64,000 bases of DNA from the human T2T-CHM13v2.0 reference genome, Homo sapiens: the NCBI RefSeq assembly GCF_009914755.1, contig NC_060940.1; one strand, 5' to 3'. Position numbers and translations under genes: made by a program. The notes beneath the pieces were generated by a model. It did no database searches. It saw only the letters and a program-made list of their open reading frames with translations, and was not told the origin of the DNA. Positions 41,001 to 60,312 of the stretch are shown here, piece by piece; position 1 is the stretch's first letter; each line of letters opens with the position of its first letter.

Positions 41001-42238
41001 GTGTTCACTCCATTCTCAGGTGAATTCTCCCCACAAGGAAGAGGATGGATAGTATCAGAGCCAGCATTCTCCACTCAGAAAGCCAGCTGGAAGATAGAGA
41101 TCTCATTTCTTGGTTGCTTCAGCAAAAGGCCCAGGAGTAGTTCTAATGGGTCCTAGCATAAATAAATCACTGTGGTCCGGGGCACATGGCACTCATTGGC
41201 CAGCTTGGAACACATGTGCAACTTCAGGACCAGGAACTACCTTTCCCTGAGACACTTGGTCTGACAGTGGGAAATGGGTGGGTTGCGTGCAGAGCAATGG
41301 GCCTGCTGATGCCAAACAAGAGGAATGATACCAGCCAATCAACAAATGTCTGCTCCTTAAACAACTGCAATGTTAAGTTTTGGGGGAGCATCTCACACTA
41401 GCCCTGTGGATAAACAGTGCTTAGTCAATGGAGGAAATAACTAGAACTTTATTAGCTTCCATTTTACATTTTATTCCTTTCTTCCAAGTAATTGGGATTG
41501 GGGAGAGCATCTTGTTACCTGTCGCCTTTTTAACTGGATTCTATCCATTGTCTGTAACTCTTAGTTCTTTGCTCTCTGGCTGGTTTTGTCAAGGTAACTA
41601 GGTATTTTAAATCACAGTGCAATTTCTTGTGGCTCAGAAAACTGAACTGAAGTAGTAACTTTTAATAGGTCAATTACATTATTTTTCAGCAGCCTGCTGC
41701 AGCCTAATGAAACTGCAGTTTAATTAGGTTGGTGTGACGCCAAAATAAATGTTTCATTCCCAGCTTGTTTTATTTACTCATTGAAAAGTAGGGGAATCTA
41801 CAAATAATAGGATTGGAAAATGTTAAAGGCTAATCAGTTTGGCTGCACTTGTTTGTAAAGAAAGACGATTGTATCTTCATCACTCCAGTTTGGTAGTTGA
41901 GAAAGCTGAAAAACAAATAAACAATAACAACGACAACAACATTTAAAAAAAAAAAAGAAACTCAAAATTGTAGGATTCCTTAGTAGAAGGTTCTTTTAAC
42001 AATAATAAAGTCAACTGCAAATACTGAAAGACCATTCAGAAAGAAACGTAACCAAGTCAGAGTCTCCTAATGTATTCTGTGTTCCTATTGTGTGGTAAGC
42101 ATTGTCCCTGCTGTAATTACATCTATTTTCTCAGTAAAACAAAGGGAAGTCTTGTAGATGAAGTTTGAGGGCCCATCAAAGGTAGTACTCTGAGTGTGAT
42201 CAAACCACACTTTCACTATTTGGAGCTCAGTGAGTTAG

Positions 42239-42639
<401 letters not shown>

Positions 42640-44387
42640 TGAATGACCTCTAGCTACTCCCAGTCCTTCCACCCTCAGCTGGAAGATGTGAATTGCCACC
42701 CACCAAGGCAGGACCAGCCTGGCACCGATCACTGAAGGATTGTGATTAAGTCAGATGGTTTTGCCAGCAGCCTCCAGCCGATGTCTCATGCTGAGCTATT
42801 GTTTCAACAAAAAATGAGATGTCTGGTCATGTTCTCTCTTCCTGGGGCAGAGATTGGGGACCTGCGTTGAAAACCAGTGACAACTTCCCTTTGCCTTACT
42901 GAAGATAAAGGGGAATCAGGCAAAAGGATGCTCAACCAAAGCTGCAGGCAAGCGGATTCCCAGGCAGAACCTGGTCAAGGCTTTGTAGGCATCACTTCTT
43001 CTCTGAGACACAGAGAGCTTGGCATCTCTGTGCACTTTCATAATACACAATGGTTAGCATTTTAATCTCTGGCAGCCTCATGCAAAGAAAAAAATTATTC
43101 CAAGGCAGTGCCAGGAATCCTAATGTCCTCCAGGCTATTTTTCCAAAACAATTCCTTAATAGATAACTATCACCTTTCCTATCTTACAGAAGAGGAAACC
43201 TTTATCGTCATGTAGGTGTGAAACAAGAGGTACATTTGCAGGGCTGCCATGAAGCATTGTCATTACACACATTTATGGTGTGAGGAAGTGCTGTTATAGT
43301 CTCCAAAACTTTGAAATCATCTCTTCTTGACTTTTACTTCGACTCTTTTTTCAATTTTAATTCTAAGGTTGACTTGTATTCTCGGTCCCCTTTGAATAGA
43401 ACCTTAGATCCCCCATGTCACATTCAAAAGACATGTTTCAAGTGCCGTTTTTCATCTTGACATGTTTTGCAAGGTCCTTGCCTCTGTGACTTTGAGATCT
43501 GTTTAATTCCCTGCGGTGGGCTGGGTAGGACTCTTCCAGTCTTGTGATAGTGCTGTGTTGCTGGTTAGATCAATGACATAGACTCTTTCTGTTTAAGAAT
43601 AATGCAGTAAGCAATGGTGAATGCTTGGAATGATAACTGTAATCATGCACCTGTTCACTGCAGTTCAAAGGGGGCAAAAACAGGTGTACCTTTGCTGGTC
43701 ATCACAGCAAAACTAATTTAGTTTTTTCTTCTTTCTTTCTCTCCTCTTTGACAATTTGTGTAGGGGTCTGTGCATTAAAATGGATAATTTTAAGGAAATT
43801 CTGTAAAATAGGTATGCATGAGTATTGTAGAAGTATCATGTAGTAGAGATCATACGCAATTATTTCTGTATTAATTAAAGTGTGTCCAGATACCTTTAAC
43901 CAACAGTTTTAAACTTTCAAAACAGTGGAATACATGTTGCCCAATAAGTGAAATAATATATACTGCAATGTATAGAACAGGTACTAGCTGTATTTAATAG
44001 TGAAGTTATGCTTAATTTGAAATGCTTCACATTTGTTTATAAATCCATCATCAGAAGCAACGTTTGTTATGATCAATTCAGACGTTTGGAATCAGGAGGT
44101 CCAGAAGGCAGCCGTAGGCAGTTGTTTGTGCATTCAGACTACAGAGTATCAAGAAAATCCCAATTTGCTCAGATAGGTAGGTGTGAAAACCAACAATTTC
44201 TTTGAACCACCCGTCTTACAACCTCAGTGTATTCTATATTGTGCATAGATGACAGAAGAAACATTCATTCCTAAGATACCTACAAAATGAGCAAAACCAG
44301 CAGCATAAATGGACCCAGTAGTAATCTCTCTCCAGTGCGTCTTAATTTTGTGCATCATCCATTTGTGACTTTCTTTTGTTCTTTCTG

Positions 44388-44730
44388 TTAATCAGAGATC
44401 TTTTCAGTGGCAGGTGACATATGCCCAACTTGAATGGCCTTAAGGAAAAAAACAGTATTGTCTCATGTGATTGAAACATCTATGTATATATAGCTGGTTT
44501 GGGGCAAAGCTGAATCAAGATGATCAGATGATGTTGCCAGGAATACTTCTTCCCACATTACACACTCTTCTGTATGCCATGTATTTTCAGGCTGTTCCCT
44601 TAAAGTGGCAAGATGGCTTCCAGCAGGGATACGCTTACATCATCCCAGCTCAGGAGCCTGACGGCAAAGAGAACCTTCTCTTCAGTGGTTCAGGATAAGT
44701 CCCGGCCAGATCTCAGTTGCTTACCCATCC
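44388..44730 (-). mobile_element. Old MLT1 (K-like) LTR
   Basis: ttttcagtggcaggtgac...cccaacttgaatggccttaagg...ctcatgtgattgaaa. Confidence 0.5.
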
Positions 44731-44824
44731 TAAGAAGCAGGGTTTTGTATTAACTGCACTATCACCACGTAATTATAGGAGAAAGGGAAAAGGTTTCTTC
44801 AATGAGTCTTTAAAATATTTAACA

Positions 44825-45523
<699 letters not shown>

Positions 45524-45874
45524 TGTGTGCTTGGCTTCCTTTAAGGCATCTTAATGCTAGAAGAAGCTAGACCATGACAGACAAGTAAAAAAAAATGAAA
45601 ATCTACTAGGGTATAGGTTTTTAGTGTAAAAAACAGAGAGATGATTTTTCAAAGAAAGAACTCTCCTCAACCCTCTTTTTACATACAAACTTGTAGAAAA
45701 ATTAAAACACACAGTGAAAACCCATATAACTTTTGTGTAGTTTCACCAATGATTAACATTTTGTGACATTTACTTTCTCTTTCTACCCTCCGTCTTCCCA
45801 TATATATTGGACAATTTGAAAATTACAGGCACCATGAACAACTCATGCCTAAAGGCTTCAACATGCTTCTCTTA

Positions 45875-46274
<400 letters not shown>

Positions 46275-46313
46275 TTATTTCTTTCACAGCTTTTGATCTA
46301 GAAGAGTACTCTC

Positions 46314-46656
<343 letters not shown>

Positions 46657-47161
46657 TTACAAAGTTAGTCTTGGACCATTTTCTTGTAGAACATCTGAAA
46701 ATCAGGACTTACTTGATTATTTCCCTGTCATTCAGTTCAACTTCAGCACTTTGTGGAGAGTGCTCCCCAGGCCATGCTGTCTCACTGCCTCCTTAGCTGG
46801 AGGTCCTTGATGTCACTTTCTCCCATGATGTGTGGCAGTAAAGTTGGTCACTGGGTAACTGACAAATTTCCCCAGGATACACTAGTCTTGTACTTAGGAA
46901 ATAACCTATGCATCTGTACTTTGATACTACCTAACTATCCTTTTTTCCATCATCCCTTCATCATTGAGGAACCTTTTCAGAATGGGTTATTACACTGATA
47001 GTAGTGACATGATGCTTTTCTAATTTTATCATTCCATCTATATTACAAAAAAAACCCCTAAATATTGGCTGTACCCACTTTAGTAGAACCATGGCACCCA
47101 GCTAGAATACCACTGCCAGAAAAGAAACTATTTTTAAACTATTTGGCAAAAATAACAGAAC

Positions 47162-47859
47162 TCTAACCAGCCAATGGGTTCTCCTTGCCTGCTGCCTAGA
47201 CAAAGCTGTTTTATCAAGACAGGGAAATTGCAATAGAAAATATGTGTAATTCACCCAGAGCCAGCTGTATGGGAGACCAGCGTGTTGTTATTACTCAAAT
47301 TAGTCTCCCTGAAAACCCAGGAACTGGGGTTTTTCAGGATTATTTGGTGGGTAGGGGGTCAGAAAGTGGAAGTGCTGACTGGTCAGGTTGGAGATGAGTC
47401 ACTTCCTCGGTGGGGTCCACAGACCAGATGAGCCAGTTGATCCATATGGGTGATACCCACTGATCCATCAAGTGCAGAGTCTGCAAAATATCTCGACCAC
47501 TGGTCTTATATTTTACAATAGTGGTGTTATCCCAGGAGCAATCTGGGGAGGTTCAAAATCTTGCAGCTCCTAGCTGCAGGACTCCTAAATCATAATTTCT
47601 AATCTTGTGGCTCATTTGTTAGTCCTGCAAAGGCAGTCTAGTTCCCAGGCATAAAGGGGGATTGTTTGGGGAAAGGGCTGTTCTCATCTTTGTTTCAAAA
47701 TTAAACTATAAACTAGGTTATTTCCAAAGTTAGTTCAGCCTATGCCCATAAATGAACAAGGACAGCTTGGAGGTAAGAAGCAAGATGGAGCCAGTTAGGT
47801 CATACCTCTCTTTCACTGTTTCGATTTCCTCAGCTATAATTTTTACACAGGCAGTTTCA
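47162..47859 (-). mobile_element. LTR8-family (ERV1) solo LTR
   Basis: ccaatgggttctccttgcctgctgcctagaca...gaacaaggacagcttggaggtaagaagcaagatggag...ggcagtttca is the reverse complement of LTR8; possible 4-bp TSD actc. Confidence 0.88.
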
Positions 47860-48671
47860 ACTCCACCTGTAGCTACATCATGAGCTTGAAGAAAAGAATC
47901 AATAATGACCACAATTTCCAGTCACTCCTCTTCTGATAGAAAGGCCAAGAAGTAGCTCTTAGTCTTGGTTGGGGATCTTTTGGCCAAAAAGAAAAAGGAA
48001 AGAGAAAAGATAACTGAAACAGTGACAACTGAGAGAAGAATGATAGCGTTTTGTAAGCATCACCATTTTTTCAGCGTTAAATACTCAGAATGGAGTATGG
48101 GGAACTTCTAAGTTCACATGGCATATTCAAATTCTCCTTGTTTAGAATTTCAAGAGCTATTACTTTTCTTTGATTCAGTTCGATTATCTTTCATGATCCT
48201 CAGAAATTGTACTTTTCTCCCCATTTCAGACTAAGAAAGTCCTTAGCCAAATGGCCTCAACCATCGGATTTGCCTGTAGGTGTCATTCATTTTTGTTGTT
48301 TCTTCCCACCTCCCTGGGGTTTTTCAGTAGTGCTTCCTCTCAATCAAAAGCTAATTTTCTTTGTGTGTGTAGGTGGTATAGAATTCCATGCTTTTACACA
48401 GTAGCAGGCCTGTATTTGATGTACCTGGTTCAGAGACAATTGTCCTTTATAGCTTTCGGGAGTAAATTCAATGAGAGCCCCATGCGACTAGTTTGTAACT
48501 CATTTAGTGAGAGTTCTACAGGATTATTTCACAAAGCAGTTCTCAGCTTAAGAAGCTAAATTGGCTTCATGGTGCCTAGCTGGAGGCCTCTTCATCCCTG
48601 CATTCAGAGGATATTTACATGCATACTACGAATCTTTCTAGAAAATGGGAGGAGGGTTCGTATTGACGGTC

Positions 48672-50527
<1,856 letters not shown>

Positions 50528-50855
50528 ATGTAATACCTTTCTTTGCTTTGAAGAGATATACATATGGGGAAGCGGAAGTTCTGCTACTAAGTAATGGAAT
50601 TTGCTATCTGTTTAGTTTTGAAGCTCATAGTCCCCTGAGAAATGTCGTGTGTGTGTGTGTACCCACCTGTGTGTAGATGTGCACAGAGAGCTCCCCCTGG
50701 TAGATGAAATAGAGGTTATTCTGTTGTAGGCAAATCTTCCCTGGACATTAAAATACTGGATTCCAGTTCTATTCATCCAGGCAAGTTGCTGATTAGCTGT
50801 TTTTTTCTCAGGGGTTTCTTGAGCATGTGATTATGCAGAGAGAGTGGAGATCATT

Positions 50856-51155
<300 letters not shown>

Positions 51156-52419
51156 GAGAGTGGAGATCACCCTCTTCCACGTACCCATCTCTCTCTGCCC
51201 TACTGGATCTCATGTATTCCCTAAAATGTATTGCTCAATACAGGGTGTAAGTTTACCAGGTGGTGTTATAATCAGTTCAGGCACTAAAAGAAAGGGTTAA
51301 AATCATGCGGAATCACAGAGAAAAAATAATGATCTGCCTATCCTTTTTCCTGAGAGTTTCCTGATGCCCCAAGAGGAAATATTCAGTTTGGTGATCGCCT
51401 CTTTTTGATGACATTTGCCAGTTTTCCTTGTACTAGAGGGAGAATTGAGCCTCAGGCTGACAATGGGATCCATCTAGAATCGAGGATTGTGGCTTTGCTT
51501 TGGTCCTATTTGTTTTCATTTGTTGCTTCTCTTCATGATAGCATTCCTGGTTTTCAAATTATGCTGGTAATGTGAGTGCCCTGTTCATTTGTTTTTCAGA
51601 ATTTAATGTATGCCAATAAAAAGGTGAATTGTTTGAAGGAAGTAAGATTTTTACTTCTTATTTTACAGAGGCATGCCATTCAGTAGCACTGGAACAGAGA
51701 GGAGGAGAAACTGGAGAGCAGAAAGGCAGGTGGCATTAGCATATGTCAGATTTTCAATGAGGACTACGGATATGGCAATATTGGGAAGGTGATCTCTGAA
51801 TGATGGAAATTTAGGAAAGATGTTTAAAGTGCTTGTCTCTCATTGCCTAGCGATTTACTGGCATTGTAGACTCCACCCCAATGCTTTTGTTCAATTTGGC
51901 GTTTAGGATTAGTCATGCACGTGGAAGATTCCAGCCTCCCTCCGCCCAGTGTTACAGCTTGGACTGAATATTTATTAACTACCCAGGGAACATCACACTG
52001 TTTGAGGACACTTGAGTTCATCTATATCCACAAAATGTGTCCTCATCATGTTGAAGTGGAACAGCAATTCATAAGAAATGACAGGAGCTTAGCAAGAATA
52101 TATAGGGGAAAATCCTTTGTCTAGTAAGAGTGTGAAGTGCCCAGGAAGGTGCTTCCAGCAAATAATGCTGAATGTTGGTGACTGCTAAATGAAGAAGGAA
52201 ACACGAAGTTCAGATTTAACAGAACCATCTAGACAGCCATACTTCCCATGACCCTGGGAGGCCGACAAGATCCCATATTTAACCTATCCTTACCAATGTT
52301 ATGAGAAAAACAAGAATGCATGTGCGATTATAAATGGTGGCTGACTTTCAATTTTAGGTTGAGATACAAAAGCAGGTGGTGGGGGGTTCTGTGGCAAACT
52401 CGGCAATAAATGCCCCAGG

Positions 52420-52560
52420 TGAAGAGGCTGCCCAGCTCTCACAGATTGTTGACATGTAGGAATCAGTGCCTCTGATTTTCCAGGAAAAGTCAAGAATCTA
52501 GGTTTTTAATGTAAAAGCTCCTGTTTTTCAATTATGGGCAACTAGTTTATTATTTAAACT
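52420..52560 (+). mobile_element. MER102-like hAT fragment (similar piece at ~61220-61280)
   Basis: ctctgattttccaggaaaagtcaagaatctaggtttttaatgtaaaa...ggcaactag. Confidence 0.45.
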
Positions 52561-52583
52561 ACTTGGGCTAGGACCCTAAATAA

Positions 52584-54335
<1,752 letters not shown>

Positions 54336-55336
54336 ACTTCTTACTGACTTTGACCCTAGGGTGCGTCACTGCAGTTGTTTAATTGTAGAATGTAAATATA
54401 TGAAGGTATATTAATTCTCCTACTAGGGAAAAATTAACTGCAAAAGGAGGGGTCCCACTCCTGTGTTCCTGGCATTTTTAGTTTCTGCATCAGCCTCAAC
54501 TCTAGGATAAGAGATGGGTAATTCTTAATGAGAACAGAACTTCAGAATAAAAGTCTCAGCTGGAAAATAACTTGATTTTCAGTAGGCTTGTTCATATGTT
54601 GTATATATGTGACTTAGATAATCATTATAAATACAGTTGATTCTACCAAGTCTTTTGAACTGTAAGTCTTAGCTGGGCTCTGAGCAAAGCCCTTCTTCCT
54701 TCTTGGATATACATGCATGCACAGCCACACACAATACACAAATGTACCCTGGTGGATAAGGCATTTACAATTGAGAACAGCTGATAGTTCTATATAGTGC
54801 TATATCGAGATAGAGAAATAGCTAAAGATGTAAATATACACACCCTTGATACATTCATACACACACACAGCATTAAGTTAGGCAGCCCCTGGTTTCTGCC
54901 ACTAGCACAGCTTTCTGAATGAATGAGCTCTCGAGAGGGGAACTTACTGGAAAGCTTTCTTACCAACTTGGTAAAGGTTTGATTTTCTTGCCCCCTACAG
55001 TGGCTGTTTGTCACCCTGACTGCAACTAGAATTGCTGTGTTCTGTTCTTTTTCTGGAGAAATTACAAAAGGAGTTGACATCTACTGTATAAAATGAAACC
55101 TAGCAAATTTTATAAATTACTAAGGACGATTCTCTAATCTTCATATCTCATCTCCAGCATCCAAGGAGGTGGAGAAGTAGTTGGGTGCGTATTCACCTAG
55201 ACTTTGTTTTGCAGTAATGTGTGCCAGTTTTATACCCTAAAGCCATCTGAGTCCCCTTTTCCTTTCCCTGTCTCCATTATCCATCTGGATAAGCCAGATC
55301 TTCAATATCCTAGCCTCCTTTAAAACCAGGGACCCA

Positions 55337-55640
55337 ACCAGGCGCGGTGGCTCACACCAGTAATCCCAGCACTTTGGGAGGCCGAGGTGGGCGGATCACA
55401 AGGTCAGGAGTTTGAGACCACCCTGACCAACATGGTGAAACCCTGTCTCTACTAAAAATATAAAAAATTAGCCAGGCGTGGTTGCAGGCGCCTGTAGTCC
55501 CAGCTATTCGGGAGGCTGAGGCAGGAGAATGGCGTGAATCCGGGAGGTGGAAGATTGCAGTGAGCTGAGATAGCACCATTGCACTCCAGCTTGGGTTGAG
55601 AGCAAGACTCCATCTCAAAAAACAAAACAAAACCAAAAAA
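55337..55640 (+). mobile_element. AluS (Sg-like)
   Basis: TSD aaa(c/a)cagggacccaa. Confidence 0.93.
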
Positions 55641-55649
55641 CAGGGACCC

Positions 55650-56052
55650 AATTCTGGCTGCTGAAACATCAGAAAGAAGTCCACAGGAAAGGTAGCCAGG
55701 ATTTTCTTCCAGTTTAAAAGGAGCAAGCCACATAAGCAGCCACCTTTTTCTGCACTGACAGTTACCTGTGCCTTGCCTTTGGGTGTGGTGTTGATCCTTG
55801 GAGCTGCCATGGCCATCTTGGCACCATGAAGTGAGTATCCTCAGAACAAACATTTGTTGGGCTAAAGAGGGTGAAACAGAAAAGTAGAAGGAACTTTGGT
55901 CCTTAATAACACCGGGAGTTGCTCAGAAAGTCCAGGGCTGCCTTTTATTCTGGAATTCTTATTTAAGACAAAATGATATCTTTATGGTTATAGTCACTTT
56001 GGTCAGGTTTGGTTTTCTGGTACTTGTGGCAGAAGGCATCCTTATAGATGCA
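55650..56052 (+). mobile_element. Old MLT1 (H/J-like) LTR
   Basis: ggagctgccatggccatcttggcaccatgaag...ggttttctggtacttgtggcagaaggcatcc. Confidence 0.6.
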
Positions 56053-56609
56053 CCTATACATATACCAATGTATCCACATCTGTGTCTTCACACACACATC
56101 TGTTTCCTATATGCAGAACATGGATTCATAAATATGTAGGGTTTTTTAAATGTGATCAGACACTATATAGTTTGTAACTTGCCTTTTTTTCATTCCACTA
56201 TATAATTAAGACATCCTTTCTTGTCAGGATCTAAAATTATTATTTACTCTTTTAAAAGACTGCATGTTATTTTATATTATGTATGGACCTGATTTATTTA
56301 ATACTCTCCTATTAGTAGATGTTTAGGTAGATGTGAATTGATTGGCCAGTACAAAGTAAAAGTGTAACCAGTGTTATAAAACTAATGTTCTTGTTATCTC
56401 CCAGTAATCCTATTAATCAGTCTGTAGAAAATAAAGAGGACGTCAGACCGATATATACAAAGATGATTATTCCAATATTAAGCATAATGGAGAAACATGA
56501 GAAACACTTTAAAAGTTCAATATAAAAGGACTTGTAGTTTATGATCTATACATATGATAAACAGTATTATGTGACCATTCAAAATGGCTTTTAAGAATAC
56601 GTAGTGGCT

Positions 56610-57014
<405 letters not shown>

Positions 57015-57594
57015 TTAGATTAAAATAAATACCAGTCAGTATGTTCCAAATCACCTGATACGGTCATTTGGCGTTATCCATGTACTTGTACAAATTTTTC
57101 TCTTCTAACCCACATGTTTCTACTGTTCTCATCCAAAGACGTGTTGCAAATCATTATCCAGAACATGGGTATTGATAACTGCAATGTTCTTGGGGCTTTG
57201 CATAACTTCCAATAAAGCAAAACCACATCTCTGAATCCATTTTAAATTTGCAGTCAGCCAGGGGTCCTCTAATGGTTGTGTGTTTTGGGGAAATTGTGAC
57301 CTGGGTCTAGTAATGAGTCTCTTCCTTGGGAGTTAAAGTACTCTGGGAACATACACCATCTATCTCAGAATACTTTGCTGAAATAAGAATAACAAGGAGG
57401 CTTCAAAAAAATACTAAGCGACACACCTAAAGGGCTTAAACACTAATAAGTGAGAGAATCTAGTGGCTAGGAACTTCAGTTCTCAAGCCAGTAACAAAAC
57501 TCCTACCATTTCTTACTTGCAAAAACTTGATTTTCCCCCGTGTAAATCAGGCTAATCTTTTTATTCCTTTACTAGTGACACTAATACTATTCAG

Positions 57595-57850
57595 CAGCCA
57601 TATGGCAGAGTGCTTCAGAACTGCTGCTGTGGAGCCGAACTTCTCCACTACTCTGTTTCCCATCCCAGTGCTCACCACCTAGTTAAGCCATCTTGAGCAG
57701 GTGCGTGTAACTTAATGCAACCTTCAGTTCTGTATTTCTGAAAGGCAATTAATGAGAGCACTTAGCTTAGAGAGCTGTGAGCATTACATGAGCTAACACT
57801 TGTTAGGCAACTAGAACAGCACCCTGCACATAGTAAATATTCTGTCAGTG
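57595..57850 (+). mobile_element. MIR
   Basis: Degenerate head; ...gctgtgagcattacatgagctaacacttg...agaacagcaccctgcacatagtaaa. Confidence 0.6.
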
Positions 57851-59769
57851 GTACAAAGTGTTAACCCACAATCAACAAAGCATTGAACGCAGTCCATAAC
57901 TCACAGTAAGGTATGCAACATGTTGTCCTATTGCCATCTTCTTCCCAAAGCCCAGATAACTGCAAAGGGCATCTGGGTGGCACTGCTGGGACTGGAACAT
58001 GTAGAGGAAGAGGGTTAGGGAAGCATTCATGGGTTTTTCAAGCTCATTTTTCTCCCTTCCCTTACCAGACCCATCACCCAATTTAGTAGGACACAGAATC
58101 AGATTATTATTACTTTTTGTCTTCTCAAAGACACATTTTTCCTTGAAATTAATGGTGGTGCTGATGAACACGAAATCCACCAGACAGAATCTCGGGGCTT
58201 TTGTTCTCAGTCCTCCCCTACCTGGTTCTCTCTCCTCCCCCATTTCCCTCCTGCCCAGCATTGAGCTCCAGCTGAGCTACTGTCAGGAGGCTGCTCTGCT
58301 AAGCAGTCTGTCACATGTTCCGTTACAATCATGTTTTATTATAGCTTTCAAAAGATGACCTCTCATTCTGCACACTCGTGTTCATAGAGGACTTCTGGCA
58401 TTCTGAAAAGAACCAGATAGCAGAGTCTCCAAACCCTTTATTTGCTTCAGCTGATAACTGCTCTGGCCGGAGACGAACGCTGTGGTGATTATAAGATGTA
58501 ATTTACTACAAAAGACCGTTAATATTACTTACAAACCTGCCATCATTTCTGGGGAAATCAGAACTGAAACAGTGGACGGGACACATCTGAATCCACCTAA
58601 ATATCTTGGCCTGATAGAATTACAAGTTTATAGATTTACCATTTAGGAAACAGCCCCGTTATGAAACATTTGTCCTCACAGACAGACAATATAAGTAACA
58701 AGCAAGATTATATCCTTTTATGTGGATCAAGGACATAGTCAATGTAAGAAAAAAAAGATAGAAAAAAAATCCCTTTAGAGGAACGTAAATGCTGCTCTTG
58801 TGAATTATAACTGGGGAATTAGATCTATGAAAAAGCCTCTAATATGACTAAACAAAGTCCCTCAGGTGATACTCTGAGTCAGAAAAGTGTGAGAAAATAT
58901 AGCCTCTTAAATGTGATTATAGTCAGAGCTGCAGTTACTCCCTGAGAAAGGACATAGAAGGTAGAGGAATGAAAGAAAAAAACAGTGTTTGAAAACTTTT
59001 TGTGTCAGACCAGAAATTATAGAGTAGCAACAGCTTAGGGATTTAAGTAACCCCTTTAGCCTAGTTGTAAAGCCTTTGGGCTTTAAACTGAAGAACAGAA
59101 AGGAATTAGATATCCAACTTAGTACTTGTTTTTTTAAGATCATGAAATGGAAGAGTCTTTTTTGCTGAATGACGAATTGAACCAGCATATAATTCCAACT
59201 AGGGCTATAATTAGAAAGATACGGCTCTAGTATTTAAGCTTCTTACACTCTCCCCTCTCTCATGAACTTTCATTAGAGTTTCTTGTCTACTTGGTTATAT
59301 TTAATGGAGATGAAGGTGAGAGTTACGGTGCTTTTGTTGGTATTGTGGCCAGACTCCGGGAGAGTCCTAAAATCGGTGTTTGTCATTTACCTCTCCTCTT
59401 AGAGAAATTTTAAGGGAACTCTACATACAAGAAGCTATACCAGCGTAAGGATCCTGGACCATTCTACTCATAGTTTTGCAAGCACCCTATGCTTGGAGTT
59501 AGCTCTGGTTAAAGGCTGTAAAAGGACCACTGTTCCTCCATCCTATCCCCAGTCCAATCCTTGGGACTAGCTCGCTCAGGAACTCTCAGAGGTACATATT
59601 AAAAAGAACGTATAAGAGGTCAGATCTGTAGGAGAGGCTTCATCTTAAGTCATTCTCCCGGGTATATTTGTTGAGGTCAAGAGCAAGGAAGGAGAAAAGA
59701 TATAGCTGAGTTTAACCAAAGCAAACAGGACCTTGCTCAGCCAACTAGTGCTGCCCGCATGGAATTGAA

Positions 59770-59824
59770 GATGTTAAAGAGAGGGGTTAGAGCTTGAAGA
59801 GGATGTTAAAGAGAGGGGTTAGAG
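59770..59824 (+). repeat. 23-bp direct repeat, period 32
   Basis: gatgttaaagagaggggttagag at 59770 and 59802. Confidence 0.9.
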
Positions 59825-60029
59825 TCACAGTTTGTGCATTTTAAAGGACAGTGACCTTGACTAGTGGTAATGGGGTCAAATCATTAATTCAGACCATTCA
59901 GATAAACAACTCTTCTCTCTTGTCAGGTAGGACAGGGGATGGAGGAATGAAGTACCTAGAAGCAGCTTGGTAGGAGAACAAAGGCGTCCTATTTCTCTCC
60001 TTTCCCTCCATTATTCATTTATTCCCTAA

Positions 60030-60312
60030 GTTGTTTATTGGCCATTTGTCTGTCTTCTTTGGAGAAATGTTTGTTCAAATCCTTTGCCCATTTTTTAATT
60101 TGTAGTTTGTTGTTGCTGCTGTTGAATTTTAGGAGTTCTTTATACATTCTCGGTATTCATTCCTGATAAGATAGATGATTGGCAAATATTCTCTCCCATT
60201 CAGTGGGTTGCCTTTTCACTCTTTTAATAGTGTCTTTGATTTGCTAAAGTTTTTAATTTTGAAAAAGTCCGATGTATTCTTTTTCCTTTTTGTTGCCTGT
60301 ACTTTTTGTCCT
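60030..60312 (-). mobile_element. L1M fragment
   Basis: tttattggccatttgtctgtcttctttggagaaatgtttgttcaaatcctttgccca. Confidence 0.85.
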
